DNA of 64,000 bases, taken from NCBI GenBank assembly GCA_965204345.1, contig OZ241981.1, positions 896,001 through 960,000 of the forward strand. Reading direction: 5' to 3'. How positions within the stretch are numbered: position 1 is the stretch's first letter; each line of letters opens with the position of its first letter. The position numbers and the translations under genes were made by a program. Below are positions 29,730-40,623 of this stretch, in pieces. The DNA is from Nitrosopumilus sp. Lineage in GTDB: Archaea > Thermoproteota > Nitrososphaeria > Nitrososphaerales > Nitrosopumilaceae. The notes below the pieces were generated by a model. It was given only the letters and a program-made list of their open reading frames with translations. It was not told where the DNA came from and did not search any database.

Positions 29730-31174
29730 CCTTTTATCACACCAATAGGCACCAATTTTGCCACCTTTGTGGCAATTCCCAGATTATGAGATACGTCAAC
29801 TACAGAATCAACATCTTTGTAGGCTTGAGGGGTTTCTTCCACAACACCATCTCGGGTTAACGCTTTGATAAATATGCCCTTCTCATTGAGGGATTTTTTT
29901 ACATCTGCCTCAGTATAGTTTCGCCTGGCCTTGGATCTAGACATGGTTCTTCCTGCACCATGTGCAGTAGAGCCAAAACTCAAATCCATGGAATTTGCCT
30001 GTCCCAGCAAAATCCAGCTTGCAGTACCCATGGAACCGGGAACCAAGACAGGTTGGCCAATATCCCTGTATCTTGAGGGGATTTCACTGCGATTTGCAGG
30101 AAATGCCCGCGTAGCGCCCTTTCTGTGAACTACCAAGTTGCGATCCCTGCCATCAACCTTGTGTTTTTCCACCTTTGCAATGTTGTGAGCTACATCATAA
30201 ACTAGTTTCATATCAAGATCAGACTCGGACTGGTTGAAGACACGTTGAAATGAGTTTCTGGTCCAATGAGTCAGCATCTGTCTATTGCTCCACGCAAAAT
30301 TTAATGCCGAAAACATTGCCTTTCTGTAGGATTGGCCCTCTTCGGAGTTATTTGGAACGCATGCAAGTTCCCTGTCAGGCAAACTGATGTCATACTTTTC
30401 CATTGCCTGTTCGGAGACTCTGAGATAGTCACTGCACACCTGATGTCCGAATCCGCGGGAACCGCAATGAATCAAAACCGTGATTGTGCCTTGCTCTATT
30501 CCCATTCGCTTTGCTGCCTCCTCATCATGTATTTCTGCAACTTTTTGTACCTCAAGAAAATGATTTCCAGAACCCAGGCTTCCAAGCTGCGGTGCGCCCC
30601 TTTTTCTTGCCTTATCAGAAACCTTGTTTGGATCAGCATTTTGTATTTGACCATTCTCTTCACATACATCTGAGTCATCAGATGAACCATAACCGTGATC
30701 AATGGCCCAGTCCACGCCCCTTACTAAGACTTCGTCAAGTTCTGAATGGGTAAGCTTGACGGCACCCTTTGATCCCACTCCTGAAGGAATGGAACCAAAG
30801 AGATCGGTAACTAACTCTTTTAATTTTGAACGGACAGTCTGCTCTGACAAGTTTGAGCGAAGCAGCCTGACGCCACAATTGATGTCATAGCCGACGCCCC
30901 CGGGGCTGATCATTCCTTCCTCGGCATCCATAGCAGCAACTCCGCCTACAGGAAATCCATAGCCTTCGTGTCCATCAGGCAGCACGACACTGTGTCTCAC
31001 AATGCCAGGAATTGAAGCAACGTTTCGTGCCTGCATTATGGTTCTGTCTGATAGCATTTTTTGGACTAGCGGCTCATCAGCATAAATTCTTACAGGTACT
31101 CTCATGCCAAGATTCGAATCAGCATCGATTTGGTACTGGTTTTCACCGATTTTTCTGGGATTTGTAGAAGACAT
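29726..31174 (-). CDS. rtcB: tRNA-splicing ligase RtcB
   Basis: PDGHEGYGFP, DINCGVR, GSGNHFLE, HCGSRG, HRKGAT, HGAGR. Confidence 0.97.
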   Translation of the reverse strand: MSSTNPRKIGENQYQIDADSNLGMRVPVRIYADEPLVQKMLSDRTIMQARNVASIPGIVRHSVVLPDGHEGYGFPVGGVAAMDAEEGMISPGGVGYDINCGVRLLRSNLSEQTVRSKLKELVTDLFGSIPSGVGSKGAVKLTHSELDEVLVRGVDWAIDHGYGSSDDSDVCEENGQIQNADPNKVSDKARKRGAPQLGSLGSGNHFLEVQKVAEIHDEEAAKRMGIEQGTITVLIHCGSRGFGHQVCSDYLRVSEQAMEKYDISLPDRELACVPNNSEEGQSYRKAMFSALNFAWSNRQMLTHWTRNSFQRVFNQSESDLDMKLVYDVAHNIAKVEKHKVDGRDRNLVVHRKGATRAFPANRSEIPSRYRDIGQPVLVPGSMGTASWILLGQANSMDLSFGSTAHGAGRTMSRSKARRNYTEADVKKSLNEKGIFIKALTRDGVVEETPQAYKDVDSVVDVSHNLGIATKVAKLVPIGVIKG

Positions 31175-31264
31175 GTGGAGTATGGGTAAAAATTCCTTTC
31201 AATCCAATTTAAACCATCAGAAGATTTGTAAAACAATTTTAAATTAATCAAGAATAATCCAAGT

Positions 31265-31420
31265 ATGTTAGATGAGACAATAATCACACAAAAGGCAAAT
31301 GAATTGCTTGCAGAGTTGAGGGCAAATCCAGATTGGGCAATTGATAAAAAAAATTTCAAGCAGGGGTATCTCAAAGCTTTGGAATGGGTCTTACAAGACA
31401 CCGGAATTATAGAAAGATAA
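31265..31420 (+). CDS. small hypothetical protein (51 aa)
   Basis: MLDETIITQKANELLAEL...QGYLKALEWVL. Confidence 0.6.
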   Translation: MLDETIITQKANELLAELRANPDWAIDKKNFKQGYLKALEWVLQDTGIIER

Positions 31421-31489
31421 CCGTCTTGGCTAATGCAATAAAGGCAGGTCAATGAAACAACTTATCTATGATTAAATAATTTTACATGC

Positions 31490-31690
31490 ATGGTAAGAGG
31501 AAAAATTTCCGAAAAAGAGAAGGAAAAGCAAAAGAATGAACATAAAATTAGAACAAGCGCATCCCGTGCTGCAAGACGAAGTGGAAAGCCCATCAAAAAA
31601 GAAGGCAAAGTTAGCAAGGCCAAAGCTAAAACAAGAGAAGCTAGGTCTTCAAAGAAGATTGCTGCTGTAAAAAAGAGAACAAGAAGTTAG
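31490..31690 (+). CDS. small Lys/Arg-rich basic protein
   Basis: 66 aa, strongly basic. Confidence 0.65.
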   Translation: MVRGKISEKEKEKQKNEHKIRTSASRAARRSGKPIKKEGKVSKAKAKTREARSSKKIAAVKKRTRS

Positions 31691-31721
31691 ATTTATGTAC
31701 AAAGTCTAAAGAATAGAGGCG

Positions 31722-33083
31722 TTGGAAATTCTACCCATTGGCAATGGCCGTTACGGGACCAAGGAGATGATGGAAATTTTTAGTGAGCAAAAAAAGGTAG
31801 ATTATCAGCTGGAGGTTGAGGGCGCAGCTGCAATGTCCCAAAGTGAGATAGGCATGATCTCAAAAGGTGCAGGTAAAAAAATATTCAAGGCTGCAATGTC
31901 TGGAAAAATTACTGCAAAAAGAATCAAGCAGCTAGAAGCAAAAAGTGATCACGATACTGCCGCTTTGGTCCAATCACTAAGTGAAAAATGTCCCAAAGAT
32001 GCAAGACCATGGATTCATTATGGGCTTACTAGCAATGATCTGGTGGATACGAGTAACTCAATGCAAATGCGGGACGCCCTGCACATTATTGAGCCAAAGG
32101 TTGCAAAAATGGCATCAATACTTGCAAAAAAAGCCGTAAGATATGCAAAGGTTCCGGCAGTTGGCAGAACACACGGACAGCATGCCAGCATAATTTCATT
32201 TGGATTAAAATTTGCAAACTGGGCCGCAGAGATGGCAAAGCACATAGAAAGAATAGAGGAGATTAAAAAAAGAACTTTGATTTGCAAGACATTAGGCGTT
32301 GTCGGTACCGGCTCATTGATGGGTGCAAAGGCACTTGAGGTGCAAAAGCGAACCGCAAAAAAATTAAGGCTGTTCCCAGCAGAAGTCACAACACAGATAG
32401 TTCCAAGGGAGAGATATGCCGAATATGTATTTGAGCTGGCATTAATTGGTGCCACGCTAGAAAAGATTGCAGTAGAGATTAGAAATTTGCAAAGAACAGA
32501 GATAGGCGAGGTTGCAGAGCAATTCAAGAAAGGACAGATGGGCAGCAGTGCGGTTCCTGTAAAGAGAAATCCGATTAAGAGTGAGAGGGTTTCATCCCTG
32601 TCAAAACTAGTCAGAAGTCAGGTTGCAGTATCCTTTGAAAACATACCGCTATGGCATGAACGGGATCTTTCAAATTCGGCCAATGAAAGGTTTGTAATTC
32701 CAACTGTATCAATTCTCGTAGACGAAATGCTAGAAACCATGACTAGAATAGTTTCAAACCTGCTGGTAAATGAGAAAAGAATCGCAGATAACCTATACGT
32801 TACAAGGGGACAAATCTTTGCAGAGTTTGTTTTAGAGGCACTAATCAAAAAAGACATACCAAGATTTGTTGCCTACAGAGACGTTCAAAGAGTGGCATTT
32901 GAGGCAAATAGCAAGGAGATGTTTTACAAGGATGCAATAAAAAAAGACAGGGCATTTACCTCAAAGCTAACAGAGAAGGAGATCGATGCAATATTCTCAC
33001 CAGAAAAACATCTTGGTGCATCGCCTGCAATAATTGGCAATGTAGAAAGGTCAGTCAGAAAAACGGTTGGAAAGTTTATCTAG
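31722..33083 (+). CDS. purB: adenylosuccinate lyase
   Basis: HYGLTSND, GRTHGQHA, GSSAVPVKRNP. Confidence 0.96.
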   Translation: MEILPIGNGRYGTKEMMEIFSEQKKVDYQLEVEGAAAMSQSEIGMISKGAGKKIFKAAMSGKITAKRIKQLEAKSDHDTAALVQSLSEKCPKDARPWIHYGLTSNDLVDTSNSMQMRDALHIIEPKVAKMASILAKKAVRYAKVPAVGRTHGQHASIISFGLKFANWAAEMAKHIERIEEIKKRTLICKTLGVVGTGSLMGAKALEVQKRTAKKLRLFPAEVTTQIVPRERYAEYVFELALIGATLEKIAVEIRNLQRTEIGEVAEQFKKGQMGSSAVPVKRNPIKSERVSSLSKLVRSQVAVSFENIPLWHERDLSNSANERFVIPTVSILVDEMLETMTRIVSNLLVNEKRIADNLYVTRGQIFAEFVLEALIKKDIPRFVAYRDVQRVAFEANSKEMFYKDAIKKDRAFTSKLTEKEIDAIFSPEKHLGASPAIIGNVERSVRKTVGKFI

Positions 33084-33867
33084 TTTTTAGCAGGGCCTTG
33101 TGAATTTTAGAGCCGTATTGCAGTGCCTTCTTTCTCTTTGTGCAGGAAAGTTCTGGAACATTTACTTGGCTTGCCAGTCTTCTGATAATATGCTTGCGGT
33201 ACAAATCCTCAGAGTCGTGAATTTTTTCAGAGACAGGTATGGTTTTGGCATACTCTACGAATTTTGATGAGAGTAATGGCTGTAGTATCCTGACTCCAAA
33301 CTCTGATGCAGTTAGATTCACAGCCCTCATCATCTTTAACTCATTATCCAATTTATCAAGCATCACCTCGTTGATTTTGGATTCTCCTCCAGAAAAGGCC
33401 TCCCTGTATGCATTGTAACCGCAAAACAGCTCATCTATACCATTTGCAGTAACTACAGTATCAAGACCAAGGCTGTTTGCCAGCTTTGAAACATAATAAA
33501 ACGCAATGCAATTTTCATTCCAGGACAAATTACTGGTTTTTATTGCTTGGCTGACTTTTGTGGAGATGCTGGCAAATGTGTCTGGATTAATCTCCAAAAT
33601 ATGATGCGGATACTTTAGGTATTGATTTACTTTTTTTGCAAACAAGATATCATGTGATTGGGCAAAACCGATTGTTAATAACGTGACATCATAGCTCATA
33701 TCTGAGCAAATCTTGGAGATTAAGGTGCTATCAACGCCGCCAGAAAACGCAATGCCAATCCTCTTTTCATTAACGGTTTCTGAAATAGAATCTTGTATGT
33801 TCTCAAGTAATCTTTGGTTCATCTTATCCATATCTACCACACAGGGATATCCAAGGTAATGAATCAA
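33076..33867 (-). CDS. asparagine-synthase-like ATP pyrophosphatase (no glutaminase domain)
   Basis: AFSGGVDS, NGIDELFCGY, RKKALQYGS. Confidence 0.85.
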   Translation of the reverse strand: MIHYLGYPCVVDMDKMNQRLLENIQDSISETVNEKRIGIAFSGGVDSTLISKICSDMSYDVTLLTIGFAQSHDILFAKKVNQYLKYPHHILEINPDTFASISTKVSQAIKTSNLSWNENCIAFYYVSKLANSLGLDTVVTANGIDELFCGYNAYREAFSGGESKINEVMLDKLDNELKMMRAVNLTASEFGVRILQPLLSSKFVEYAKTIPVSEKIHDSEDLYRKHIIRRLASQVNVPELSCTKRKKALQYGSKIHKALLKTR

Positions 33868-33898
33868 TCCTTTAATTTAGCGTTATTTTTGAAATATC

Positions 33899-34177
33899 AT
33901 GATGCGATTATCACAAACGGAGATAGACAAGCATCTAGAGGATTTGTCAGGATGGAGCGTTATCAACGAAAAACTCCACAAGGAATTTGAATTTGAGAGC
34001 TTCAACCAGGCATTTGGTTTTATGACCAGGGCAGCTATGGAAATTGAAAAAATGAACCATCATCCAGAGTGGTTTAACGTATACAACAGGATCACCATAG
34101 AGTTGACCACTCATGATGCAGGAGGCATTACAAAAAATGATATTGACTTGGCCAAAATCCTAGACTCCCTAGAATAA
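33899..34177 (+). CDS. pterin-4a-carbinolamine dehydratase
   Basis: [12 protein letters not shown]...[11 protein letters not shown]. Confidence 0.95.
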   Translation: MMRLSQTEIDKHLEDLSGWSVINEKLHKEFEFESFNQAFGFMTRAAMEIEKMNHHPEWFNVYNRITIELTTHDAGGITKNDIDLAKILDSLE

Positions 34178-34245
34178 TAGTTTGGAAGAATTTTAGGCAC
34201 AACCATTACAGAATTTATATTATATCCATAGTCAGTTGACTTCAC

Positions 34246-35067
34246 ATGGCTTCTTCCTCAAGTCCCACGGTTTTGGATTCAGACTTTAGATATATCGACA
34301 AAAAGGGCAATTTGCTCAGGACTAGGACAGAGTTAACAGTGGCACAGATGCTTTCATTTTTAGAACAGGAATATCAATACAGTCACAAAATTACACTAAG
34401 GGACGGAAACGAGACAATAGTTGATTTTAAGACAGAGAAAGGACTCATTGAGGTAATTGACAGTGATGAAGACATTGAAAAATACAGGCAGATCAAAAAA
34501 GACTTTCCCCAAGACAGGATAATGGCAATAGGACATGCAAAATATGTCGCACAGATTAAGGAACTGCAAGACATTGTATTTTACGACAAGACTCCGCAGA
34601 CAGGCTCTATATTTTTAGAAGACGCATCATTTTCATTTGACTATGCGCACATTCTTCCGCTAGTTGAAAAATGCTCGATATTACACGGACACACATCATC
34701 AGTAATGGTAGAACTGGTGGGACAGATGAGAGACAATCTTCTTTTGGATTTTGGGGAAGCTAAAAGAATCATAAAGGGTGTGGTCAATGTCTTTGATCAC
34801 AAATTTTTCATCAATAGAAAATATTTGCAAAGAGAAGACGGTTCGCATTACCAAATACAGTTTGAGGGTCCTAAAGGTATGTTTGAGCTGCAGGTTCCTA
34901 AAGATACGACCTATCTGTTGGAAGGGGAGGCAACTGTTGAGAACCTATCAAGTGAAATTATAAAGCTACTAGCGCCAAAAATGCCATCAAACGTAGAAGC
35001 AGTCGGAGTCTACATCTATGAAGGCTACAACAAGGGATCTCACATCATTTCAAACATTAAGAGATAG
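34246..35067 (+). CDS. QueD/PTPS-family protein with extra N-terminal domain
   Basis: FDYAH...CSILHGH, DFG, FDH, TVENL. Confidence 0.88.
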   Translation: MASSSSPTVLDSDFRYIDKKGNLLRTRTELTVAQMLSFLEQEYQYSHKITLRDGNETIVDFKTEKGLIEVIDSDEDIEKYRQIKKDFPQDRIMAIGHAKYVAQIKELQDIVFYDKTPQTGSIFLEDASFSFDYAHILPLVEKCSILHGHTSSVMVELVGQMRDNLLLDFGEAKRIIKGVVNVFDHKFFINRKYLQREDGSHYQIQFEGPKGMFELQVPKDTTYLLEGEATVENLSSEIIKLLAPKMPSNVEAVGVYIYEGYNKGSHIISNIKR

Positions 35068-35074
35068 TTAGAAG

Positions 35075-37390
35075 ATGGAACCCAAGATATCAGAAAAAGC
35101 ATGGAACCCAGAGTTGGAAAAAGAGATTCTGCTGCAGTGGCAGAAAGAAAAGATCTATGACTTTACACCGCAAGACGGCAATTATACGATAGATACCCCA
35201 CCCCCATATCCATCAGGCAGGCCCTGGCACATTGGTGCAGCGGCTCACTATTCACAAATTGACATGATTGCGCGTACTGCAAGAATGGCAGGCAAAAATG
35301 TCTATTTTCCAATAGGAATCGATCGAAACGGGCTTCCAGTTGAGCTGTACACGGAGAAAAAACACAAAATTAGAATGAGGGAGACAGACAGGGGTGAATT
35401 TCTAAATCTGTGCAAAAACGCATTGGATGATTTGGAGGTAGAGATGCTGCTTATCATGAAAAGGCTGGGTCTTAGTGGCGACTTTGAAAACTACTATAGG
35501 ACAGATTCAGAGGAATATAGAAAGCTAACCCAGGCAACGTTTATTGAACTATGGAAAAAAGGCCAGGTGTATCTTGCAAACAGGCCCAACAATTACGACT
35601 GGGTATCAGGCACCACCATTGCAGATGCAGAGATAATCTACCAAGATTTAGCGACAAAACTGGTGTATATGAAATTCAAGATAAAAGATACGGACAAGGA
35701 TATAGTCATTGCAAGTACAAGACCGGAACTGCTTTGTGCATGCAGGGCTATCATTGTAAATCCAGAAGACGCAAGATATTTGCAGCATGTTGGAAAGAAG
35801 ATAGTCGTTCCAATTACAGATGCAGAGGTGGAATTGAGGACACATCACACTGCTCAACAGGAATTTGGTTCGGGAGCAGTGATGGTATGTAGTTATGGTG
35901 ATCAAAATGATGTTGCGTTATTTAGGGAACTAGAGTTGGAGGAAACAGTTGCAATAGGCCTAGACGGAAGAATGACAGAGGTTGCCGGGGAATATACAGG
36001 ACTCAAAGTAAAACAAGCTAGAGCAAAAATCATAGAAGATTTAGAAGCTGGGGGATTTTTGGAGAAAACTGAGGATATTATTCACAGAACGCCGGTTTCT
36101 GAGAGAAGTAAGACTCCAATAGAGATTATTCCAATGGAAGAGTATTATCTAAAACAGAAAGAATCAGTGGGAAAAATTAAGACCTTGGGGAAGGAAATTA
36201 CGTTTCATCCATCAATGCACAAGCAGATCCTAATGAACTGGTTGGAATCAATCAACATAGATTGGCCAATTTCAAGAAGAAGATACTATAGTACAGAAAT
36301 TCCAATATGGTACTGCAAGAGCTGCTCTGAACCGCATGTTCCAGAACCCGGAAAATACTATAGGCCATGGCAGGAAGAATGTCCAATCAATAACTGCACA
36401 AAGTGTGACTCTACAGAATTTGTAGGCGAGGAACGAACATTTGACACATGGATGGATTCTAGCGTGTCACCGCTTTTCATCAGTAAGTTTAACAGAGATG
36501 ACGAATTCTTCAAAAAAGTCTATCCTGCCTCAATCAGACCACAGGCAAAAGACATTGTTAGAACGTGGCTGTACTATACCCTGCTAAGATGTGAGCAGTT
36601 GACCGGGGAAAAACCATGGCCGGAAGCCTGGGTTATGGGATATGGTCTAGATGAAAAAGGAATGAAGATGAGTAAGAGCAAAGGAAACGCAATAGACCCC
36701 CTGCCAGTGATTGAAAAGTGGGGTGCAGACACTTTTAGATTTTGGAGTGCAAGTGAGATTAACCACGGTTATGATTTTAGGTGTAATGAGCAGAAAATTG
36801 AGTCAACAAAGAAATTCCTCAGTAAATTATGGAACGTGTCAAGATTTTTGTCTAGTTTTCCAGTCATTGAATCAGGAAGACCATCGGCAACAGATGAATG
36901 GATTTTATCAGAATTAGACAAGCTGGTAAAAGAGTGTAAAAAGGGATATGAGGATTATAATTTTTTCATTCCAGCAATAGCAATTAGAGAGTTTACATGG
37001 AATGTGTTTGCGGCACACTATATTGAAATGGTAAAAGCAAGAGCCTACGGACTTGGTTTCTCAGATGAGGAAAGGGATGGCGCAATATTTACCCTGCATA
37101 AGACGTTATCGACAATATTGAAGCTGCTAGCTCCTATCGCTCCGTTTATCACAGAGCATCTTTGGAGGGTTCTTTATTCAAGGGACAGCATACACAAAGA
37201 AAAACAGGTAATTCCTGAAAATATTGAGGAACAAAACGAGATTACAGGAGAAATTTCAGAATTTAACTCAAAAGTATGGAATGAGAAAAAGAATCAAAAC
37301 TTGTCATTAAAAGATTCAATCAAAATTGAGATTCCCAAGTCTTTAGAGCCATTTAGGAAAGATTTGAGATCAATGCATCATTTAGAATAA
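35075..37390 (+). CDS. valS: valine--tRNA ligase
   Basis: IDTPPPYPSG..HIG, STRPELL, DWPISRRR, DTWMDSS, KMSKS. Confidence 0.96.
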   Translation: MEPKISEKAWNPELEKEILLQWQKEKIYDFTPQDGNYTIDTPPPYPSGRPWHIGAAAHYSQIDMIARTARMAGKNVYFPIGIDRNGLPVELYTEKKHKIRMRETDRGEFLNLCKNALDDLEVEMLLIMKRLGLSGDFENYYRTDSEEYRKLTQATFIELWKKGQVYLANRPNNYDWVSGTTIADAEIIYQDLATKLVYMKFKIKDTDKDIVIASTRPELLCACRAIIVNPEDARYLQHVGKKIVVPITDAEVELRTHHTAQQEFGSGAVMVCSYGDQNDVALFRELELEETVAIGLDGRMTEVAGEYTGLKVKQARAKIIEDLEAGGFLEKTEDIIHRTPVSERSKTPIEIIPMEEYYLKQKESVGKIKTLGKEITFHPSMHKQILMNWLESINIDWPISRRRYYSTEIPIWYCKSCSEPHVPEPGKYYRPWQEECPINNCTKCDSTEFVGEERTFDTWMDSSVSPLFISKFNRDDEFFKKVYPASIRPQAKDIVRTWLYYTLLRCEQLTGEKPWPEAWVMGYGLDEKGMKMSKSKGNAIDPLPVIEKWGADTFRFWSASEINHGYDFRCNEQKIESTKKFLSKLWNVSRFLSSFPVIESGRPSATDEWILSELDKLVKECKKGYEDYNFFIPAIAIREFTWNVFAAHYIEMVKARAYGLGFSDEERDGAIFTLHKTLSTILKLLAPIAPFITEHLWRVLYSRDSIHKEKQVIPENIEEQNEITGEISEFNSKVWNEKKNQNLSLKDSIKIEIPKSLEPFRKDLRSMHHLE

Positions 37391-37556
37391 GATTATTGAA
37401 AAGTTGGACTAGAGATCGGCCGGCAAGAAACAGAGGGGTGTGTGTTAATTCTGCCTGAATCGCATCTACAGTATTATTTCTGCAGTTGCAGTTGCTGCAT
37501 AAAGCATAATATCGAACTTATCAAGGGTAAATCAGATGGAAATTATTTTTTTTTGA

Positions 37557-37970
37557 CTAGAGGGTTTTTTTGTAACTGCATGAACCCTTCTCTTTAGTGA
37601 TTGGTTCAATTAATTGCTCGCCGGTTCCTGCATCAAGGACATAGTATGTTTTCGTGTCAGATTCCGTATAATCGACTAGTTTCCATACAAGAAAGTATTG
37701 ACCTGAATCATTAATTGCCTTTTGTAGTTTGGCCCTGTCAACATCATCATATCCCTGAGTGGCCTCTTCTTCTGAGATGGCAGAATCTCTGAGATCATCA
37801 ATGTTGGCATCTTCGGAAATCTCAATTGTCCCTACTGCATCCCCAATTGGAATTGACCAATCTCTTTTGTATTTGCCATCAGAATCTGCAAACGCCAGAG
37901 AAACAGAGCCAAATACCATTACTACTGCAAGAAAGGATAACAGAAGCGTTGGAATGAGAACTTTGCCCAT
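37557..37970 (-). CDS. secreted PepSY-like protein
   Basis: signal peptide; ISEEEA...YVLDAGTGE. Confidence 0.7.
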   Translation of the reverse strand: MGKVLIPTLLLSFLAVVMVFGSVSLAFADSDGKYKRDWSIPIGDAVGTIEISEDANIDDLRDSAISEEEATQGYDDVDRAKLQKAINDSGQYFLVWKLVDYTESDTKTYYVLDAGTGEQLIEPITKEKGSCSYKKTL

Positions 37971-38220
37971 GTAGGATATTGTATAATCTAATATATAAGG
38001 ATCTGCAATGGCTCTGCTGCATATCGGCAGGTAAGATGCGAATTCTCTCTGAATTGGAGCTTTAAACTCATGAAAAATTTGTTCTGCTCAAATCATACAT
38101 ACGCATATTCTTTGCAGTTTTAAAAGCTAGAAAGCAGCAGGCAATGATGCAAATCACATTTTAGACTGTCAAGAGACCAGTAATTGGATTTGGACATGCA
38201 GAGTATATTTTTTTCTGTGT

Positions 38221-38838
38221 TTAATTTTTGGTCTTTTTTACCAGATTAACAAAGTACTTGTGAATTGCTAGATCCTCTGTAAGTTCCGGATGAAAAGAAG
38301 TTCCAATGATGTTGTCTTTTTTGATTGCAACAATTTTCTCATTTAGTTTTGCAAGAACCTCAATGCCACTTGAAGCGGTAATTATTGTTGGCGCACGAAT
38401 AAAGACTCCATTGTAACTAGAAATGCCAATGGAATCCATAGATACGTTAGCTTCAAATGACTGACGCTGTCTTCCAAACGAGTTCCTCTCAAGATCAATA
38501 TTCAAAAAATCAAATAATGGCTGCTCAGTTTTACCTACAACCTTATCGGAGGCACTGTTTGCAAGCAGTACCATCCCCGCACAGATTCCCAAGACAGGCA
38601 TGCCTGATTCTACTTTTTGCCTGATTTGTCTCAGGGAACCATTTATAGAAGATAGCTGTCCAATGGTGGTACTCTCCCCCCCAGGAATAAGCAGTCCGTC
38701 AAGTTCTGCTATTTCTTCAGGAGTTTTTACCACCCTTACAACTGCATCTTGATTTAGTTCCTCTGCAGAACGCTCCAAGGAGGACACGTTTTCAGCAACG
38801 TCGCCCTGAATTGATAAAACTCCAAGTTTGAGGGTCAT
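38221..38838 (-). CDS. pdxT: PLP synthase glutaminase subunit
   Basis: PGGESTT, GICAG, RNSFGRQ, FIRAP, FHPEL. Confidence 0.96.
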   Translation of the reverse strand: MTLKLGVLSIQGDVAENVSSLERSAEELNQDAVVRVVKTPEEIAELDGLLIPGGESTTIGQLSSINGSLRQIRQKVESGMPVLGICAGMVLLANSASDKVVGKTEQPLFDFLNIDLERNSFGRQRQSFEANVSMDSIGISSYNGVFIRAPTIITASSGIEVLAKLNEKIVAIKKDNIIGTSFHPELTEDLAIHKYFVNLVKKTKN

Positions 38839-39803
38839 GCCGAACCGCCACGATCTTGCATGCGTAATTCTAATGTGTTAACATCCAACCCAATCATGGA
38901 CTGTCTTTCATCAATCATTTTTTGTGCTTCTTTGACCTTGTCTGGCTCATTCCAAAAAGTAGTAGCCAGAACAACTGCCCTGGCCCTCTCTTTTGCATCA
39001 TCAGAATCAAAAATTCCCGATCCAACAAAAATTCCATCACAGCCAAGCGACATTAGATAAGCAGCATCTGCAGGCGTTGCAATTCCACCGGCAGCAAAAT
39101 TCACAACAGGCAGCCTGCCCAGTTTTGCGGTTTGCTCAACAATGTCATAAGATACTTTGAACTCTCTTGCCATCCTAACTAAATCCTGGTTATCTCCTGA
39201 ATCATAAATTGATTTTATTGTTCTTAGCTCATCATTTACTTTTTTGATGTGCTTGATAGCTTCTGCAACATTTCCGGTTCCAGGTTCCCCCTTGGTTCTA
39301 ATCATTGATGCGCCTTCTTCAATTCTGCGTAATGCCTCAGCCAAAGACCTTGCACCGTTAACAACAGGGGTGGTAAAATCCCATTTCCAGATATGGCGAA
39401 GCTCATCAGCAGGAGTTAGTACCTCGGATTCGTCAATCATGTCAACATCAGTTTCTTGCAAAACCAGTGCCTCATTGACATGGCCGATTCTGCATTTGGC
39501 CATAACAGGTATTGTAACAGAACCCATAATCTCCTCAATAATTCTGATACTTGCAGTGCGTGCAACCCCGCCTGCCTTTCTAACCTCAGATGGAAGTTTG
39601 TCCAATACCATAACAGAGACGGCGCCTGCCTGCTCAGCAATCTGAGCCTGTTCCACAGTTGTAACATCCATTACAACTCCGTTCTTTAACATGTGTGCAA
39701 AGCCGCGCTTAACAGTGGATGAGCCACGCAACGTCTCAACTGAGTTGATTTTGTCAGAAATTATTCCTTTAGCATCCTGTCGTTGACCAGATAAGGGAAT
39801 CAT
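38835..39803 (-). CDS. pdxS: PLP synthase lyase subunit
   Basis: [42 protein letters not shown]. Confidence 0.97.
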   Translation of the reverse strand: MIPLSGQRQDAKGIISDKINSVETLRGSSTVKRGFAHMLKNGVVMDVTTVEQAQIAEQAGAVSVMVLDKLPSEVRKAGGVARTASIRIIEEIMGSVTIPVMAKCRIGHVNEALVLQETDVDMIDESEVLTPADELRHIWKWDFTTPVVNGARSLAEALRRIEEGASMIRTKGEPGTGNVAEAIKHIKKVNDELRTIKSIYDSGDNQDLVRMAREFKVSYDIVEQTAKLGRLPVVNFAAGGIATPADAAYLMSLGCDGIFVGSGIFDSDDAKERARAVVLATTFWNEPDKVKEAQKMIDERQSMIGLDVNTLELRMQDRGGSA

Positions 39804-39834
39804 GTTCTAAATTTTTCCTAAAGACTATTTGTAT

Positions 39835-40368
39835 CTATTCACTAATCTCAGACATAATTTGATCAAGCTCGGATTCAACCATAGTTATTATTGGCGGGAT
39901 AAAATCAGATGTGACATTTTGCTGAGGCCAATGAATTTGGTTAACCCTTCCATTAAGAGTGACTTTGACATTTGATTTTTGGTATTCAGTAGCATTATCC
40001 ATAACTGCAAAAGACTCTGAAGGTATTGCAATAAACCCAGTCTCCTTAATCAACGCCTTAATTTTGTTTAACCTTGCCTCATCTAGCTGTGAATGAATAT
40101 CAGGATCCAGGTATCCGTTCTGGGTTACAGAATATTTTAGCTCACCGTCGTTTTTGATGTACAAAATTTCGGTTTTTTGTGAACCTATTCTCTCTGTAAT
40201 GCCATGAGAAATTTTCTTTAATTGGTGCTTGGTATATTCAATTTCAAGATTGTCAGTATAATTTGCAGCAGAGGTAGGAATCTCATTTTTTAGTATCAGG
40301 GGGGTGACCAGTAAAATGGCAGCAATTACGGGAACAGCGCCCAATACTAGATAAATTGGTTTTACCAT
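39835..40368 (-). CDS. membrane-anchored hypothetical protein
   Basis: N-terminal TM helix, 177 aa. Confidence 0.7.
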   Translation of the reverse strand: MVKPIYLVLGAVPVIAAILLVTPLILKNEIPTSAANYTDNLEIEYTKHQLKKISHGITERIGSQKTEILYIKNDGELKYSVTQNGYLDPDIHSQLDEARLNKIKALIKETGFIAIPSESFAVMDNATEYQKSNVKVTLNGRVNQIHWPQQNVTSDFIPPIITMVESELDQIMSEISE

Positions 40369-40457
40369 AATCGATTAACAGTTACAGTTGGCAATTATTG
40401 CAAATAAATCTTGGTCAAAAATAACTTAAAATTCAAGTCTTTTCCATTCTTGTTTGT

Positions 40458-40611
40458 GGGGTCGTAGCCTAGCCTGGTAGGGCGACAGTGTCTACGAAAA
40501 AGATCACCGCTAAGGGCTCCAAAGGTTAACTAAGCTAAACTGACTCACGGATGATGTAAGTTTGGAGCTGTAGTGACCCGTAGGTCGCCGGTTCGATTCC
40601 GGTCGGCCCCA
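40458..40611 (+). tRNA. tRNA-Trp(CCA), apparently with two introns
   Basis: GGGGTCG/CGGCCCC acceptor, GCCGG-TTCGATT-CCGGT T-arm; removing two inserts restores ACGGG-CTCCA..-CCCGT. Confidence 0.8.
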
Positions 40612-40623
40612 CGTTAAAGAATT

